Assembly (NCBI RefSeq): GCF_006345805.1
Contig: NC_043002.1
Coordinates: 108,004,001-108,068,000, forward strand
Direction: 5' to 3'
Length of the DNA stretch: 64,000 nucleotides
Origin: Octopus sinensis
Taxonomy: Eukaryota
Part shown: in pieces, positions 26,471-38,313 of the stretch
Position numbering within the stretch: position 1 is the first letter of the stretch
Layout: each line of letters begins with the position of its first letter
Position numbers and translations under genes: made by a program
Notes under the pieces: generated by a model
The model's database searches: none
What the model was told of the DNA's origin: nothing
What the model saw: only the letters and a program-made list of their open reading frames with translations

Positions 26471-27177
26471 GTTGGTATTGAAATTTTCCATTGATGGTGT
26501 GATCATTTTGAAGATAGCCAATAAACACAATATTTTGTGCATTGGAAGAAAATAGTGGTGCTTGTGTTACAAAGGTACAATGAGAAGGCTCAGGAGAAGG
26601 ATAGAGAGATGGGGTAGAGGGAAGGAAGTTAGAAGGAAAGAAAAGAATGAAAAGTGAAAAGATAAATTGGGGATCTGAAATGATTACTAGGCAGGAAATT
26701 GGCCCCTGTGCTGGTTGCACGTAAAAACAGCACTCACTACACTCTCAGAGTGGTTGGCGATAGGAAGGGCATCCAGCTGTAGAAACACTGCCAGATCAGA
26801 CAGGAGCCTAGTGCAGCCTCCTGGCTTCCCAGGCCCCAGTTGAACCATTCAACCTATTCCAGCATGGAAAATGGACATTAAACGATGATGTCTTACCTAT
26901 GCACTGGTCAAGTAGAAAAATGATGAGTGACAAAAAATTGGATTGTCTTTTGGTACCAAAAAAGTGAAGAAAGAGAGTAGAGAAGGTTAGGGAAGAGCAA
27001 GTAGGAAGAAAGAGAGAGTGCAGAGAAATAAGGGAATAAAGATAGACAGTAGGTAGTTGACAGAGATGGACAGAGGAAGAAATGGAAGGCAGTAAAGAGA
27101 GAAAAGCAGCAGATAGGTAGAGAGGTAGATAGAGGGGAGAGGAGAAGGACAGAGAAATAGATAGAAAAGAGAGACAG

Positions 27178-28560
27178 TCTTGCACCAAATATTGAACACT
27201 GCGTAGGGTACCACTGAGTGGGAACCAAAGTGAGTGTGTGACATTACATTGACTAAAATACTGCACAAAAACTCAACAAACACACATATATAATGATAAA
27301 GGAAATTGTTGTATACAGTGCTCAGGTGCACTACAACAAAAAAGAAAAAAATGGCCATCAGGTGTACTGTTGGCAGATTTCAAGACACATGGAAGTTTTG
27401 AAGGATGTAGTGTATTGACAGTTAACAACTGATGCAGGTGGTTTAGTCCATGCTTCTGCAATTCTGAGCATGAAAAATTGTTTCCGAAAGTCATGGGTGC
27501 TGTGTTGTTTTTTGATTTTATAAGCATGTCATATGAAATTCAAAAAGTTACCCAAGGATGTTGCTGGAAATATGGTGGATAATCTTGTGGATGTCAATCA
27601 AGTCATTTGCCAGACGTCTGGGCTTCAATGTATCCATGCCCAGGAATGCAAGACGTTCAGAGTATGGTAGATATCTGACTGTGGGTATTCGCTTTATTGC
27701 ACATTTCTGAACAGTTTCCAGGAGATTTATATGCTGAGAAAGCATGGAGGCGCAATGGCCCAGTGGTTAGGGCAGCGGACTCGCAGTCATAGGATCGCGG
27801 TTTCGATTCCCAGACTGGGCATTGTGAGTGTTTATTGAGCGAAAACACCTAAAGCTCCACGAGGCTCCGGCAGGGGATGGTGGTGATCCCTGCTGTACTC
27901 TTTCACCACAACTTTCTCTCACTCTTACTTCCTGTTTCTGTTGTACCTGTATTTCAAAGGGCCGGCCTTGTCACTCTCTGTGTCACGCTGAATATCCCCG
28001 AGAACTACATTAAGGGTGCACGTGTCTGTGGAGTGCTCAGCCACTTACACGTTAATTTCACGAGCAGGCTGTTCCATTGATTCGGATCAACCGGAACCCA
28101 TGTCGTCGTAACCGACGGAGTGCTTCCATGCTGAGAAAGAGAGGGGTTCCAGACTGGTGATGCAAATCCCAAGTGTGGACATACCATTGTTGTATACAAT
28201 TTTAAATAGATAACTGGAGAGTGGCTGACAAAGGTCTTACTGAGAGATGCTGGCACCGCCTCAGCCTTTTTGACAATCTTAGATATGTGGTTTGTCCAAT
28301 GCAGATTGTTGTTTACAATAATACCCAGAACATGTCCACCAGAAGACTTCTTGAGATTGGTGTTGCTGAGGGATTATGTAAAAGCTGGATTTTTCCTCCA
28401 AAAATGCATGGTGACACACTTGTCTACAGATAGTTTGAGATGCCAGTCAGAGGTCCACTGCTGCATTGTATCCAGATCTGATTGCAGGATAGGATCCGTT
28501 CTTTTTATTTCAAGGTACAGCTTGGTATCATCTGCATATTTCAACACTGAACTTCCCAGG
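27178..28560 (-). mobile_element. CR1-clade LINE 3' portion (RT domain end to 3' UTR), split by a SINE
   Basis: LKYADDTKLY..LKLSVDKC, LYTTMVCPHLGFASPVWNP, LLETVQKCAIKRIP..LPYSERL; 3' UTR shared with 35344-35727. Confidence 0.85.
27743..28127 (+). mobile_element. tRNA-derived SINE (octopus OR-type) with 12-bp TSD, inserted in a CR1 LINE
   Basis: A box TGGCCCAGTGG, B-box-like GTTTCGATTCC; ATGCTGAGAAAG at 27731-27742 and 28128-28139. Confidence 0.85.
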
Positions 28561-28694
28561 AAGTTTTTGACCAAATTTCCAGGAGGTTAGAAAAGCCTTG
28601 GAACTTTCCAGGAAGTTTTCGACCAAATTTCCCAGAAGTTAGAAAATCCTCAGAACTTTCCAGGAAGTTTTCTACCAAATTTCCAGGAAGTTAG
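28550..28694. repeat. About 52-bp tandem repeat (2-3 copies) at the CR1 truncation point
   Basis: ttccaggaagttttcgaccaaatttccaggaggttagaaaa recurs. Confidence 0.7.
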
Positions 28695-31643
28695 ACTACG
28701 ACATATATCCCCCAACTATTTTCCATATAAATGTGATGGACAGTAACAGTACCACCTGATTGGCACCTGTGTCGGTGGCATGTAAAAAGCACCATTCAAG
28801 CATGGTCAATGCCAGTGCCACCTGTCTGGCTCCTGTGCCAGTGGCACATAAAAAGCAACATTTGAACGTGGTCAATGCCAGCGCCAGCTGACTGGTCCCA
28901 TGCTGGTGACACATAAAAAGCACCATCTAAGCATGGCTGGTGCCAGTACCACCTGACTGGCCTTCATGCCAGTGGTATGTAAAAAGCACCCACTACACTC
29001 TGGGAGTGGTTGGTGCTAGGAAGGACATCTAGCTGTAGAAACCTTGCTAGATCGGACAGGAACCTGGTACAGCCTCCTGGCTTGCCAGCCCTCAGTCAAA
29101 CCGTCCAACCCATGCCAGCATGGAAAGCGGATGTTAAATGATGACGATGATGATATATGATGGTCTTCTTTCATTTTCTGTCTACCAAATCTGTTCACAA
29201 GAATTTTGTTGGACTGGGGCTATAGTAGGAGACACTTTCCCAAGGTGCCACACAGTAGGACTGAACCCAGAGCCATGTGGTTGGGAAGTAAGCTTCTTAC
29301 CACACACTCTGCACCTATGAATGATAAAGTGTAAAGACATTTATTGAACATGATCAAATTGTAATAAGTATTCATGTTTTTATCTTTCTCGTTAAATACA
29401 TGCAGGCCTTGAACTGACCAAAATTAACATTTTTAAAGAAAAGCTTAAAATTTGAATACTGTTTTGTACTCATATGTTTCTGATATCATAATACATTAAG
29501 TTTTCCTGCATGATTTGGAGGAGTCTAACAGTGATACATGATTAATTAATTATTAGGGAAGGGACCATTAAGGTGGCTGTCAATGATGGTTTGTAGATTT
29601 GTGTCCCAGTACTCCAAGATTCTTTATCATTTTTCATTCTTTTCACCATATCTGTAACCTCCATGTGTGTTGAAGTAACCATTATGGTGTCGCCCAGAAA
29701 ATTAACATCCATTTCATTGCACACTGCAGTAATAGACAAAACTTGTGCAAGTTATACAGAATATAGCCTATTAGCGCATTACGTCCCAGAGTACTTAAAT
29801 TTCTGAATATTACTTTTAAATTGTTACAGATGATTGAAAAAAAAATAGTTATTAAAACTCCTTTACTTCAAGTAGAAATGGAAAAACTCAGTGTCCTAGA
29901 AATAGGACATTGAGACAATGTGACATAGCTTATTTAATGTTCTCATTTAGTGTCCTATTTATAGGACAGTGGGACTTAATGGGTTAAACAGCACATCAAT
30001 GATATTTTTAATTATTTCAGATAATGTTGATAATTAGATGTAATGCTTTATAACTCTTCATATAAATGCATTGATGTCACATGAATGATAAGGTGTAAAG
30101 TAAAACTTCAAACATTCATTTGTTGTTGAGGAAGTGTAAAAAAAGTGTTGTAGAAACAATCAATTTACTTGGTCAGTCAGTTCTGACTGTAAAGCATATA
30201 TTGTTTGTTCCTTCTCGAGCCACGCCTGGCTCATAAGGGCCGATTTCCTGGTGTGGGGGTGAGGACAGACAGATATAAGTATGTGCACATCTGTAAAATG
30301 TTTTTTTGGTGTTGAGATGATCATAATTAGTCTAAGCTTAATTATTTTATCACACTTTTTAACTAAACCAATGACATTATTTTTTATCCATTTCTCAGCC
30401 AACATATTATAATTCTACCCACAGATCAATGATCAAAAGCATACCTGCTATGGCCATCTTATATTTTGGTTTCTCTAAGATAACACTGTCTAACCTAGGT
30501 TCTTTTATTAAAAACAGTAATGGGAAATTTGGTTGTTATTTCTAACAGATCAAGCTCTATTTTGAGATTCCTTTAAGGGCTCATGGATACATATATGTTG
30601 TTGGCACTGTTTCACCCAGCTCTCTGACTCAGCCATTTTCAAAGATACTTTTGCCAGAACCACCTCAAGTTTTATTCACCCATTGTGTATCTTAAAGCTA
30701 CATTATTAATATAATGCATCACCTATGCTTTCTATTTGAGGGAGATTTGGCAACTGTTTCTGACACATCATGAAACTATGTAGAGGCTTCCTCTTTGTTT
30801 TATGGAAAGAGATATTTTTAGTATCAGGTGGAATTCACTGAGGCAGATTTTCTGTGGCTGGATGTCCTTCCTTTCTTATTTCTTTATTGCCCACAAGGGG
30901 CTAAACATAGACGGGACAAACAAGGACAGACAAAGGGATTAAGTCGATTACAACGACCCCAGTGCGTAACTGGTACTTAATTTATCTACCCTGAAAAGAT
31001 GAAAGGCAAAGTCAACCTTAGAGGAATTTGAACTCAGAACGTAACGGCAGACGAAATGCCGATAAACATTTCGCCTGGCACGCTAATGTTTCTGCCCTTC
31101 CTTTCACCAACCCTTACCTGTTTTTAGGCAAAGAAATATTTCCCCAGGACCAAACACACCTTCATGGAATACTGGAGATGAATCATGCTGCGTGTATGAT
31201 GGTAACATTCACTTACAACTAACACGCAACATAAAAATACGGGAACACACACATACGCATATACAACAGGTTTCTTTCAGTTTCTATCTACCAAATCCAC
31301 TCACAAGGGTTTAGTCAGCTTAGGGCTATAAAAGATACTTGCCTAAGGTGCCACACAAGTGGACTGAACCCAAAACCAAGTGGTTGGGAAGTAGACTTCT
31401 TAACCACACAGCTATGCCCAGGCATGTCCATGGCCAACTGAATGAAAGTCAATATTTGTAGGCATTTGGTTGTGTTTTGGGATGGGATAAGCTACTACCT
31501 AAACCCTTTCAGCCCAGCTGGTACATATTTGTACCAATCAAAAATTTTACAACCCATATCTTTAAAATTTCCATTCTGTGATGCAGTATAGTACTGCTCT
31601 GGTTTTTCTGGTAAGTATGTAATGCCAGACGTATGATCAGAGT

Positions 31644-32127
31644 GTATGGTACACAAGCACCGGTTGCGTTGGACTGGACACCTTATTAGAATGGAGGATA
31701 GAAGGATTCCTAAGCAGATGCTCTATGGAGAACTTGTGAATGGAAGGAGACTCTGGCAGAAACCAAGGCTACGATTTAAGGACTGTGTCAAGTCCTCGTT
31801 AAAGGCTTTTGATATACAGGACACTGACTGGGAGAACAATGCCTGTCATTGCCACAGATGGAGGAAGTAGGTTAAGGATGGGATCGACACTTTTGAGAGA
31901 GCATGTATCCAGCATGAAGAACTTAAGTGAGCTGTGCGAAAGCGCACAGCTCGTATAGTGAATGGGGAAAGCTTGGTCTGCAATGTTTGCAGTCGTGTAT
32001 GCTTGTCAAGAGCAGGGCTCATTAGCCACCAACGGAGCCGCAAATGCAAAATATAAGTTAGTCCTAGAGCGCACAATGTTCCTGAAGGTCGGCAGTGGTC
32101 TTCCTCGGGCACGAGTGGACGGCCATC
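31644..32127 (+). mobile_element. 5'-truncated RTE (BovB-like) LINE with 11-bp TSD
   Basis: RLRWTGHLIRMEDRRIPKQMLYGEL..CNVCSRVCLSRAGLISHQR with stops; ATGATCAGAGT at 31633-31643 and 32128-32138. Confidence 0.85.
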
Positions 32128-32587
32128 ATGATCAGAGTACATGACACTATAACCTTTTCTACTCTAGGTACAAGGGGGCCGAAATTTTTAGGGAGGGTGC
32201 CAGTTGATTAGATCAACCATCAACCCCCCCCCCCCCAGTATGCAACTGGTACTTAATTTATCGATGCCGAAAGGATGAAAAGCAAAGTCAACCTTGACAG
32301 AATTTAAACTCAGAACATAAAGACAGACAAAATACTGCTAAGCATTTTGCCCAGCCTGTTAACATTTCTGCCAGCTCGCCACCTTAATACGACACTTTAA
32401 TGACAACTCAAAAGGCTCCCATGCGTACAAACATCCCCGCCATTACTAACTGCGTTTAAGTGTTTATTATTGATTCTCATGCATCAATTATTCATAGCAT
32501 TTTCTTCACTGTTCTATATTTAAGAGATGAGGAATTATTTACATTATTTACGTTTGACAGATATTTGTCCTCATCTTGTTTGTTGTT

Positions 32588-32633
32588 GACACAACGTTTC
32601 GGCTGATATACCCTCCAGCCTTCTTCAGGTGTC
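32588..32633 (-). ncRNA. Minimal type I hammerhead ribozyme motif inside SINE family D (best copy)
   Basis: GACAC-CUGAAGA-A-GGCUG-GAGGGUAUAU-CAGCC-GAAAC-GUU-GUGUC: stem I GACAC/GUGUC, core CUGANGA and GAAA, 5-bp stem II, palindromic AC/GU stem III, GUU triplet. Confidence 0.75.
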
Positions 32634-32680
32634 TTGGGGAAATTTTGAACCTGGGTTCTTGTTCCTAAGGTATTTTTCAA

Positions 32681-32721
<41 letters not shown>

Positions 32722-32807
32722 TCACTGCCTGGCCATGAGCATATGGCGTAGTGGTTAAGAGTATGAGCTACTAACCCCGAGATTCTGAGTTCGATTCCAG
32801 GCAGTGA

Positions 32808-32843
<36 letters not shown>

Positions 32844-32909
32844 TAATAATAATAATAGCATCGAAAAATACCTTAGGAATGAGAAACAAGGTTTGAAATT
32901 TCCCCCCAA

Positions 32910-32955
32910 GACACCTGATGAAGGCTGGAGGGTATATCAGCTGAAATGTTGTGTT
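32910..32955 (+). ncRNA. Hammerhead motif, family D copy with CpG-type decay
   Basis: GACAC-CUGAUGA-A-GGCUG-loop-CAGCU-GAAAU-GUU-GUGUU; two C>T changes versus the 32588 copy. Confidence 0.55.
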
Positions 32956-33364
32956 AACAATCAAACAAGATGAGGACAAATATCCATCAAATGTAAATAA
33001 TGTAAATAATTTTCTTCACTGTAAACATATTTACTTAATCATAAACATATTGTGCATAGATTGTAAGCATTGGATAGTAATATTCTTGCAACGATGCTGC
33101 AATGCATATTTCTAAGAGTAAATAATTTTGAGTGGTACACACCTGTACTACTGTGGTTTTGTATTGGTATACACTTGTACCATTGTAGCTTGTTGCATAG
33201 CTAAGCTTGTACCAGTTATGTAATAAAACTGTTCTATAGAGAAGATTCTTTTTGTTGTGAATCAAACATACATATACAATTTTTCAACCAACCTTTGTAT
33301 TTCTCCCGAATATTTGAAATTTTCATTTTTTCTTGCAAGATTCACTGTGGTATTTTGATACTCT

Positions 33365-33770
33365 CTTTACTCTTTCACTCTTTTCCTTGTTTCAGTCATT
33401 TGACTGCGGCCATGCTGGAGCACCGCCTTTTAATCGAGCAACTCGACCCCAGGACTTATTCTTTTGTAAGCCCAGTACTTATTCTATCGGCCTCTTTTGC
33501 CGAACCGCTAAGTAACGGGGACATAAACACACCAGCATCGGTTGTCAAGCAATGCGAGGGGGACAAACACAGACACACAAACACACACACGCATATATAT
33601 ATACATATATACGACGGGCTTCTTTCAGTTTCCGTCTACCAAATCCACTCACAAGGCTTTGGTTGGCCTGAGGCTATAGTAGAAAACACTTGCCCAAAAT
33701 GCCATGCAGTGGGACTGAACCTGGAACCATGTGGTTGGCAAGCAAGCTACTTACCACACAGCCACTCCTG
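33365..33770 (-). mobile_element. SINE family A
   Basis: Reverse complement of family A consensus. Confidence 0.85.
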
Positions 33771-34224
33771 GCACATACATGGCACAACTGGCACATACAT
33801 GGTATTTCATCTAAATACAATGGTACCTGCATGGTAGATTTGAAAACCCAAATGGTACAAATATATACCAGACTTAAAATAGTGTCTACATAATTGGTAC
33901 CATCATAAACCATCTAATAAGCATCTACACTATAAAATTTTACCAAAACTTTAGAGAAGACGCATGCAAATCTTGAGAAAAAATTCCAAGTTGAAAGGGT
34001 TAAGCTGATTTCAGATTTGAAACATGTAGTCACTTCCCCATTTCAGAGAGCTACTTAACCCTTTAGTATTTAAACCGGCCATATCCGGCCGAAAGTATTC
34101 TGCCTGTTTTATGTTCAAACTGGCCACATCTGGTCTCTCACACCAACCCTACAATATCATTTTAAAAATTAACAGCTACCTCATCAAAATCTCATAGCTA
34201 CAAGATAATGCCTGATTAATTCAA

Positions 34225-34591
34225 TCATCATCATCATTGTTCAACCGTGGTCGAGACAATGGAATTTACCATGCTACACCAGACTTCATGGTCCATCATG
34301 GCATTATGGAGGTCCTGTTGCTGGATGCCTGTATCCCTGGAGATTACATCAGGGTAGGAGAGTGCGCCCTCTGGTATTGCGAGTAGATGGCTTCCAGGGG
34401 AGAAGAGTAGAAATTACCTCGTTTTCAGCTCTACAACAATGTCCAGCAAACTGGACTCTCTTACCTTTCACAAGAGATGACACAGGTGGTAGTTTCCCAT
34501 ATATTTGTACTTTGGTTGGATGATGCTTCCATGAGAGATTTTGAGCTCTCATAAGGAGGCGAGTGTAGGTTCCATCCAACCACCTCTCAAG
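34225..34591 (-). mobile_element. RTE/RTE-X-like LINE 3' fragment inserted in a piggyBac-type MITE
   Basis: DGTYTRLLMRAQNLSWKHHPTKVQIYGKLPP..RVQFAGHC; (TGA)n tail; the MITE resumes after it. Confidence 0.75.
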
Positions 34592-35343
34592 CTTAGTTCA
34601 AAGCAATGTGGATAAGAAAGGGATTAATTTGGGCAGAATAATGCGAACACTAAAGGGTTAAAGCTACTACATTGAGCTGTCAGGCAACAGTTTGGAAGTT
34701 CTATCCCCAGGAGGTTATGTATTTTGCCAGTGAAGCAGCAACAAGCAGAGAAAAGAAATTCACAAGTTTATTACTGTATCTATTTAATGTAGAAGATCTA
34801 TGATTGATTCTGTAGTGTGAGGATGAGTGAGAGGGAGAAGGGAAGGAAGGGTGGTTAGTGTTCAATACAGAATCATATTTTCAGAACCAATCAAGTAGAT
34901 CTTTACAATCCCACATTAATCTCAGCAAGTCAGGTTTATTATTTGTGATAACAGTTCTCGGTTACTGGTCGAACAGGTTCAATGTTTACACATAAATCAT
35001 TGAATTGTGGTTGTTAGGGAAAGAAGAGAAAGGGGGAGGAGAGAAAATTAAAAGCAGACTCTTCAGAAAGAATAGAGAAAAGAGACGTGTATGAGTGAGT
35101 TAGACACAAATGTATCAAAGCTAAATTGATAAAAGTTATTGTGTATATTTGCTGACCTGACAATAAGGCAGCTAATTTTATTCTGGGTTCTCTAATGATT
35201 CCATACAAATTAATTACACTGTAATGAAATGTTAAAATGTCTCTTTTTATGCTGACATGGTTGGCAACAATAACGCCCAGTGGTTGTTGTTTAGCCCAGG
35301 TCAAAATTGGTCAAGACGACCTTTAATCTAAAGACATTCTATC

Positions 35344-35727
35344 TATGCTTATAAAATCAAAAAACAACACAGCACCCATGACTTTCGGAAACAATTTTTC
35401 ATGCTCAGAATTGCAGAAGCATGGAATAAACCACCTGCATCAGTTGTTAGCTGTCAATACACTACATCCTTCAAAACTTCCATGTGTCCTGAAATCCGCC
35501 AACAGTACACCTGATGGCCATTTTTTTCTTTTTTGTTGTAGTGCACCTGAGCACTGTATACAACAATTTCCTTTATCATTATATATGTGTGTTTGTTGAG
35601 TTTCTGTGCAGTATTTTAGGTCTGTTAGTCAATGCAATGTCACACACTCACTTCTGTTCCCACTCAGTGGTACCCTACGCAGTGTTCAATATTTGGTGCA
35701 AGACTCTCTTTCTTTTCTATCTATTTC
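35344..35727 (+). mobile_element. CR1 LINE 3' end, same family as 27178-28560
   Basis: Highly similar to the reverse complement of 27178-27530. Confidence 0.8.
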
Positions 35728-35961
35728 TTTCAGGAATATTGCAGCTCAATTCAACGAAACAGCACCTTGTGCAAATGTTTCATTACAGAAAGAGTCCAAA
35801 ACCTCATCATAGATACGTAAGTGGCTATGTACATACACATGTTTATATTCATGAAATATAAACAAACATAGGTAAGAGAAATGGCAGATAAACCAGCGGA
35901 AGATTTCAGGTTGCTACCATTTCAAGTTACCGCCCACCTACTAATTTGAAAGCACTTCATA

Positions 35962-36457
35962 CCGCAAATCCTCCAGTATAATACGCAGGGGATTTTTAGG
36001 GGGCTCTACCTCTGAAAAACCTAAACCTTGTGTATAATACGCACCCCTTCTCTAACTTGAGTCAAGGAGGTCTATATAACGTCCTTGGTTTGTAAAAATG
36101 TATACGGTAACGTCCTTTATTATTATTGTATATATAACATAATGCAAACGTGTAGCTTTTTTGTGCATTTTGTTTGCAGAAAATAAAGAAATAACAGTAA
36201 TAACATTTAATAAATGTTGCTTATTGCAAGTTATGGATGATTCTTTTACGACTTCATTGCTTTCAGGTTTAGCTTAAGGTATTTTCGCGCCCAACATCAC
36301 AAAATGCGTCTGACTAAACATTGCCGGACAGCAAAGAGAGACTCGGATATTGCTTAGAAAATAATTTTCATTTTTAACCTCGAATATAGAATGCACTAGG
36401 GAGTTTTTGACCTTTAAATTTTGGGGGAAAATGCGGATTATCTTCGAGGATTTACGG
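35962..36457. mobile_element. pogo/Tigger-type MITE, 496 bp, TA-flanked
   Basis: TA-ccgcaaatcctccagtataatacgca ... tgcggattatcttcgaggatttacgg-TA: imperfect 26-bp TIRs. Confidence 0.8.
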
Positions 36458-37044
36458 TATTTCTGGGGGTTCCTTGAACCAGATTTTCATAATAATCCTA
36501 CACTGGCCACATTACATTCCTTTCAGATGTGGCTAAAATGGTAAATTCTTCAGTTTACAACTTGTGATGCATTTTTGGAAAAAAAAAAGCATGGAAAATA
36601 TATAAGATTGAAAGAATCTTGAAATTATCATCATTGTTTCAATGTTCACATTTCAATGCTTGAATGGTTAAGACAGAATTTGTTGAAGCAGATTAACTAC
36701 AGCCAGATGCCCTTCCCGTCACCAACCCTTGTCTGTTTCCAAGCAAGATATTTCCCCATGGAAATATCGACACTGTTTGTGTGATAGTGATGCCAATTTA
36801 TAACTAACACACACATCCATATACCCACACATACAAACATACATTTTAAATGGGTGTTTGTGTGTAGGCACAGACATGGCTGTGTGGTAAAAAGTTTGTT
36901 TCTCGACCACATGGTTCAAGGTTCAGTCCCACTGCATGGCACCTTGAACAAGTGTCTTCTACTGCAGTCCCAGGCCAACAAAAAGTTTGTGAGCAGATTT
37001 GGTAAATGGAAATTGAAAGAAGCCCAACATATATGTGGGTAATA

Positions 37045-37271
37045 CAGTTCTATATTTAAGAGATGAGGAATTATGTACATTATTTACATTTGATGGATAT
37101 TTGTCTTCATCTTGTTTGTTGTTAACACGTTTTGGCTGATCAGCCTTCATCAGGTGTCTTGGGGAAATTTCAAACCTGGGTTCTTATTCCTAAGGTATTT
37201 TTCAATGTTCTTCTTCTTCTTCTTCTTATTATTATTATTACCCTTGTAGCCAATAAACGAATTAATTATTA

Positions 37272-37307
<36 letters not shown>

Positions 37308-37378
37308 TCACTGCCTGGAATCGAACTCGGAATCTTGGGGTTAGTAGCCCACACTCTTAACCACTATGCCATCTACCC
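37045..37378 (-). mobile_element. SINE family D, full-length monomer (hammerhead degenerate)
   Basis: tRNA-like head, (AAT)n linker and the same 3' module; stem II loop deleted and GAAA changed to AAAA. Confidence 0.8.
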
Positions 37379-37771
37379 GTGGGCAATTATGGAGTGAATT
37401 TTAGGGCACTAGTCACAAGGCCTGAAATTCTCAGGGACGTGGGACTGGTTGATTTCATTGACCCTAGCTCACCACCTTAATAATAATAATAAGTTAACAT
37501 AAGATTGTTTCTAAATATAAATTATTTGTTTGAAGTTGATGTCCGTAGCTGAATAATTAACTAAGAACAATTACACAGTAAAAAAACCCCACAAGTACCC
37601 AAACATCATCATCATCATCATTTAACGTCCGTTTTCCATGCTAGCATGGGTTGGACGGTTCAACTGGGGTCTGGGGAGCCCGAAGGCTGCACCAGGCCAG
37701 TCAGATCTGGCAGTGTTTCTACAGCTGGATGCCCTTCCTAACGCCAACCACTCCGAGAGTGTAGTGGGTGA

Positions 37772-38019
37772 TTTTATGTGCCACCGACACAGGTGCCAGA
37801 CGAGGCTGGCAGACGGCCACGCTCGGATGGTGTTTTTATGTGCCACCGACACAGGTGCCAGATGAGGCTGGCGGACGGCCACGATCGGATGGTGTTTTTA
37901 TGTGCCACCGACACAGGTGCCAGACGAGGCTGGCAGACGGCCACGCTCGGATGGTGTTTTTATGTGCCACCGACACAGGTGCCAGATGAGGCTGGCGAAC
38001 GGCCACGATCGGATGGTGT
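37772..38019. repeat. 62-bp unit x4 (ABAB) inside a family C element
   Basis: Units start every 62 bp; variants gacgagg/gctcgg alternate with gatgagg/gatcgg. Confidence 0.9.
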
Positions 38020-38090
38020 TTGTTACGTGCCCACAGCACGGAGGCCAGTCGATGCGGTACTGGCTACCCAAACATATATATTATATATTC

Positions 38091-38313
38091 ATTATTTACA
38101 TTATTTATATTTGATGGATATTTGTCCTCATCTTGTTTGTTGTTAACGTTTCGGCTGATATACCCTCCAGCCTTCATCAGGCATCTTGGGGAAATTTTGA
38201 ACCTGGGTTCTCATTCCTAAGTATTTTCTGATGTTATTATTATTAAGGTTACTGCCTGGAATTGAACTCGGAATCTTGGGGTAAGTAGCCAGCGCTCATA
38301 TACAATGCCATAT
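38091..38313 (-). mobile_element. SINE family D monomer
   Basis: Same head and body; hammerhead core and stem II intact, 3' strand of stem I missing. Confidence 0.8.

Larger units (their letters stand above)
32513..33008. mobile_element. Head-to-head inverted dimer of SINE family D with one 14-bp TSD
   Basis: Minus arm about 32511-32732 (5'-truncated, full 3' end); plus arm 32737-33010 (tRNA head with A box TGGCGTAGTGG and B box GAGTTCGATTCC, 3'-truncated). ATTTTCTTCACTGT at 32499-32512 and 33009-33022. Confidence 0.85.

Noticed and set aside
27746-27820. tRNA genes here and at 61627, 52817, 32737
   Set aside because: No complete acceptor stem or terminator; each continues into a repeat body, mostly with TSDs, so they are SINE heads.
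29542-29739. 65-aa ORF in unique-looking DNA
   Set aside because: No recognisable motif and no paired splice sites I can support.
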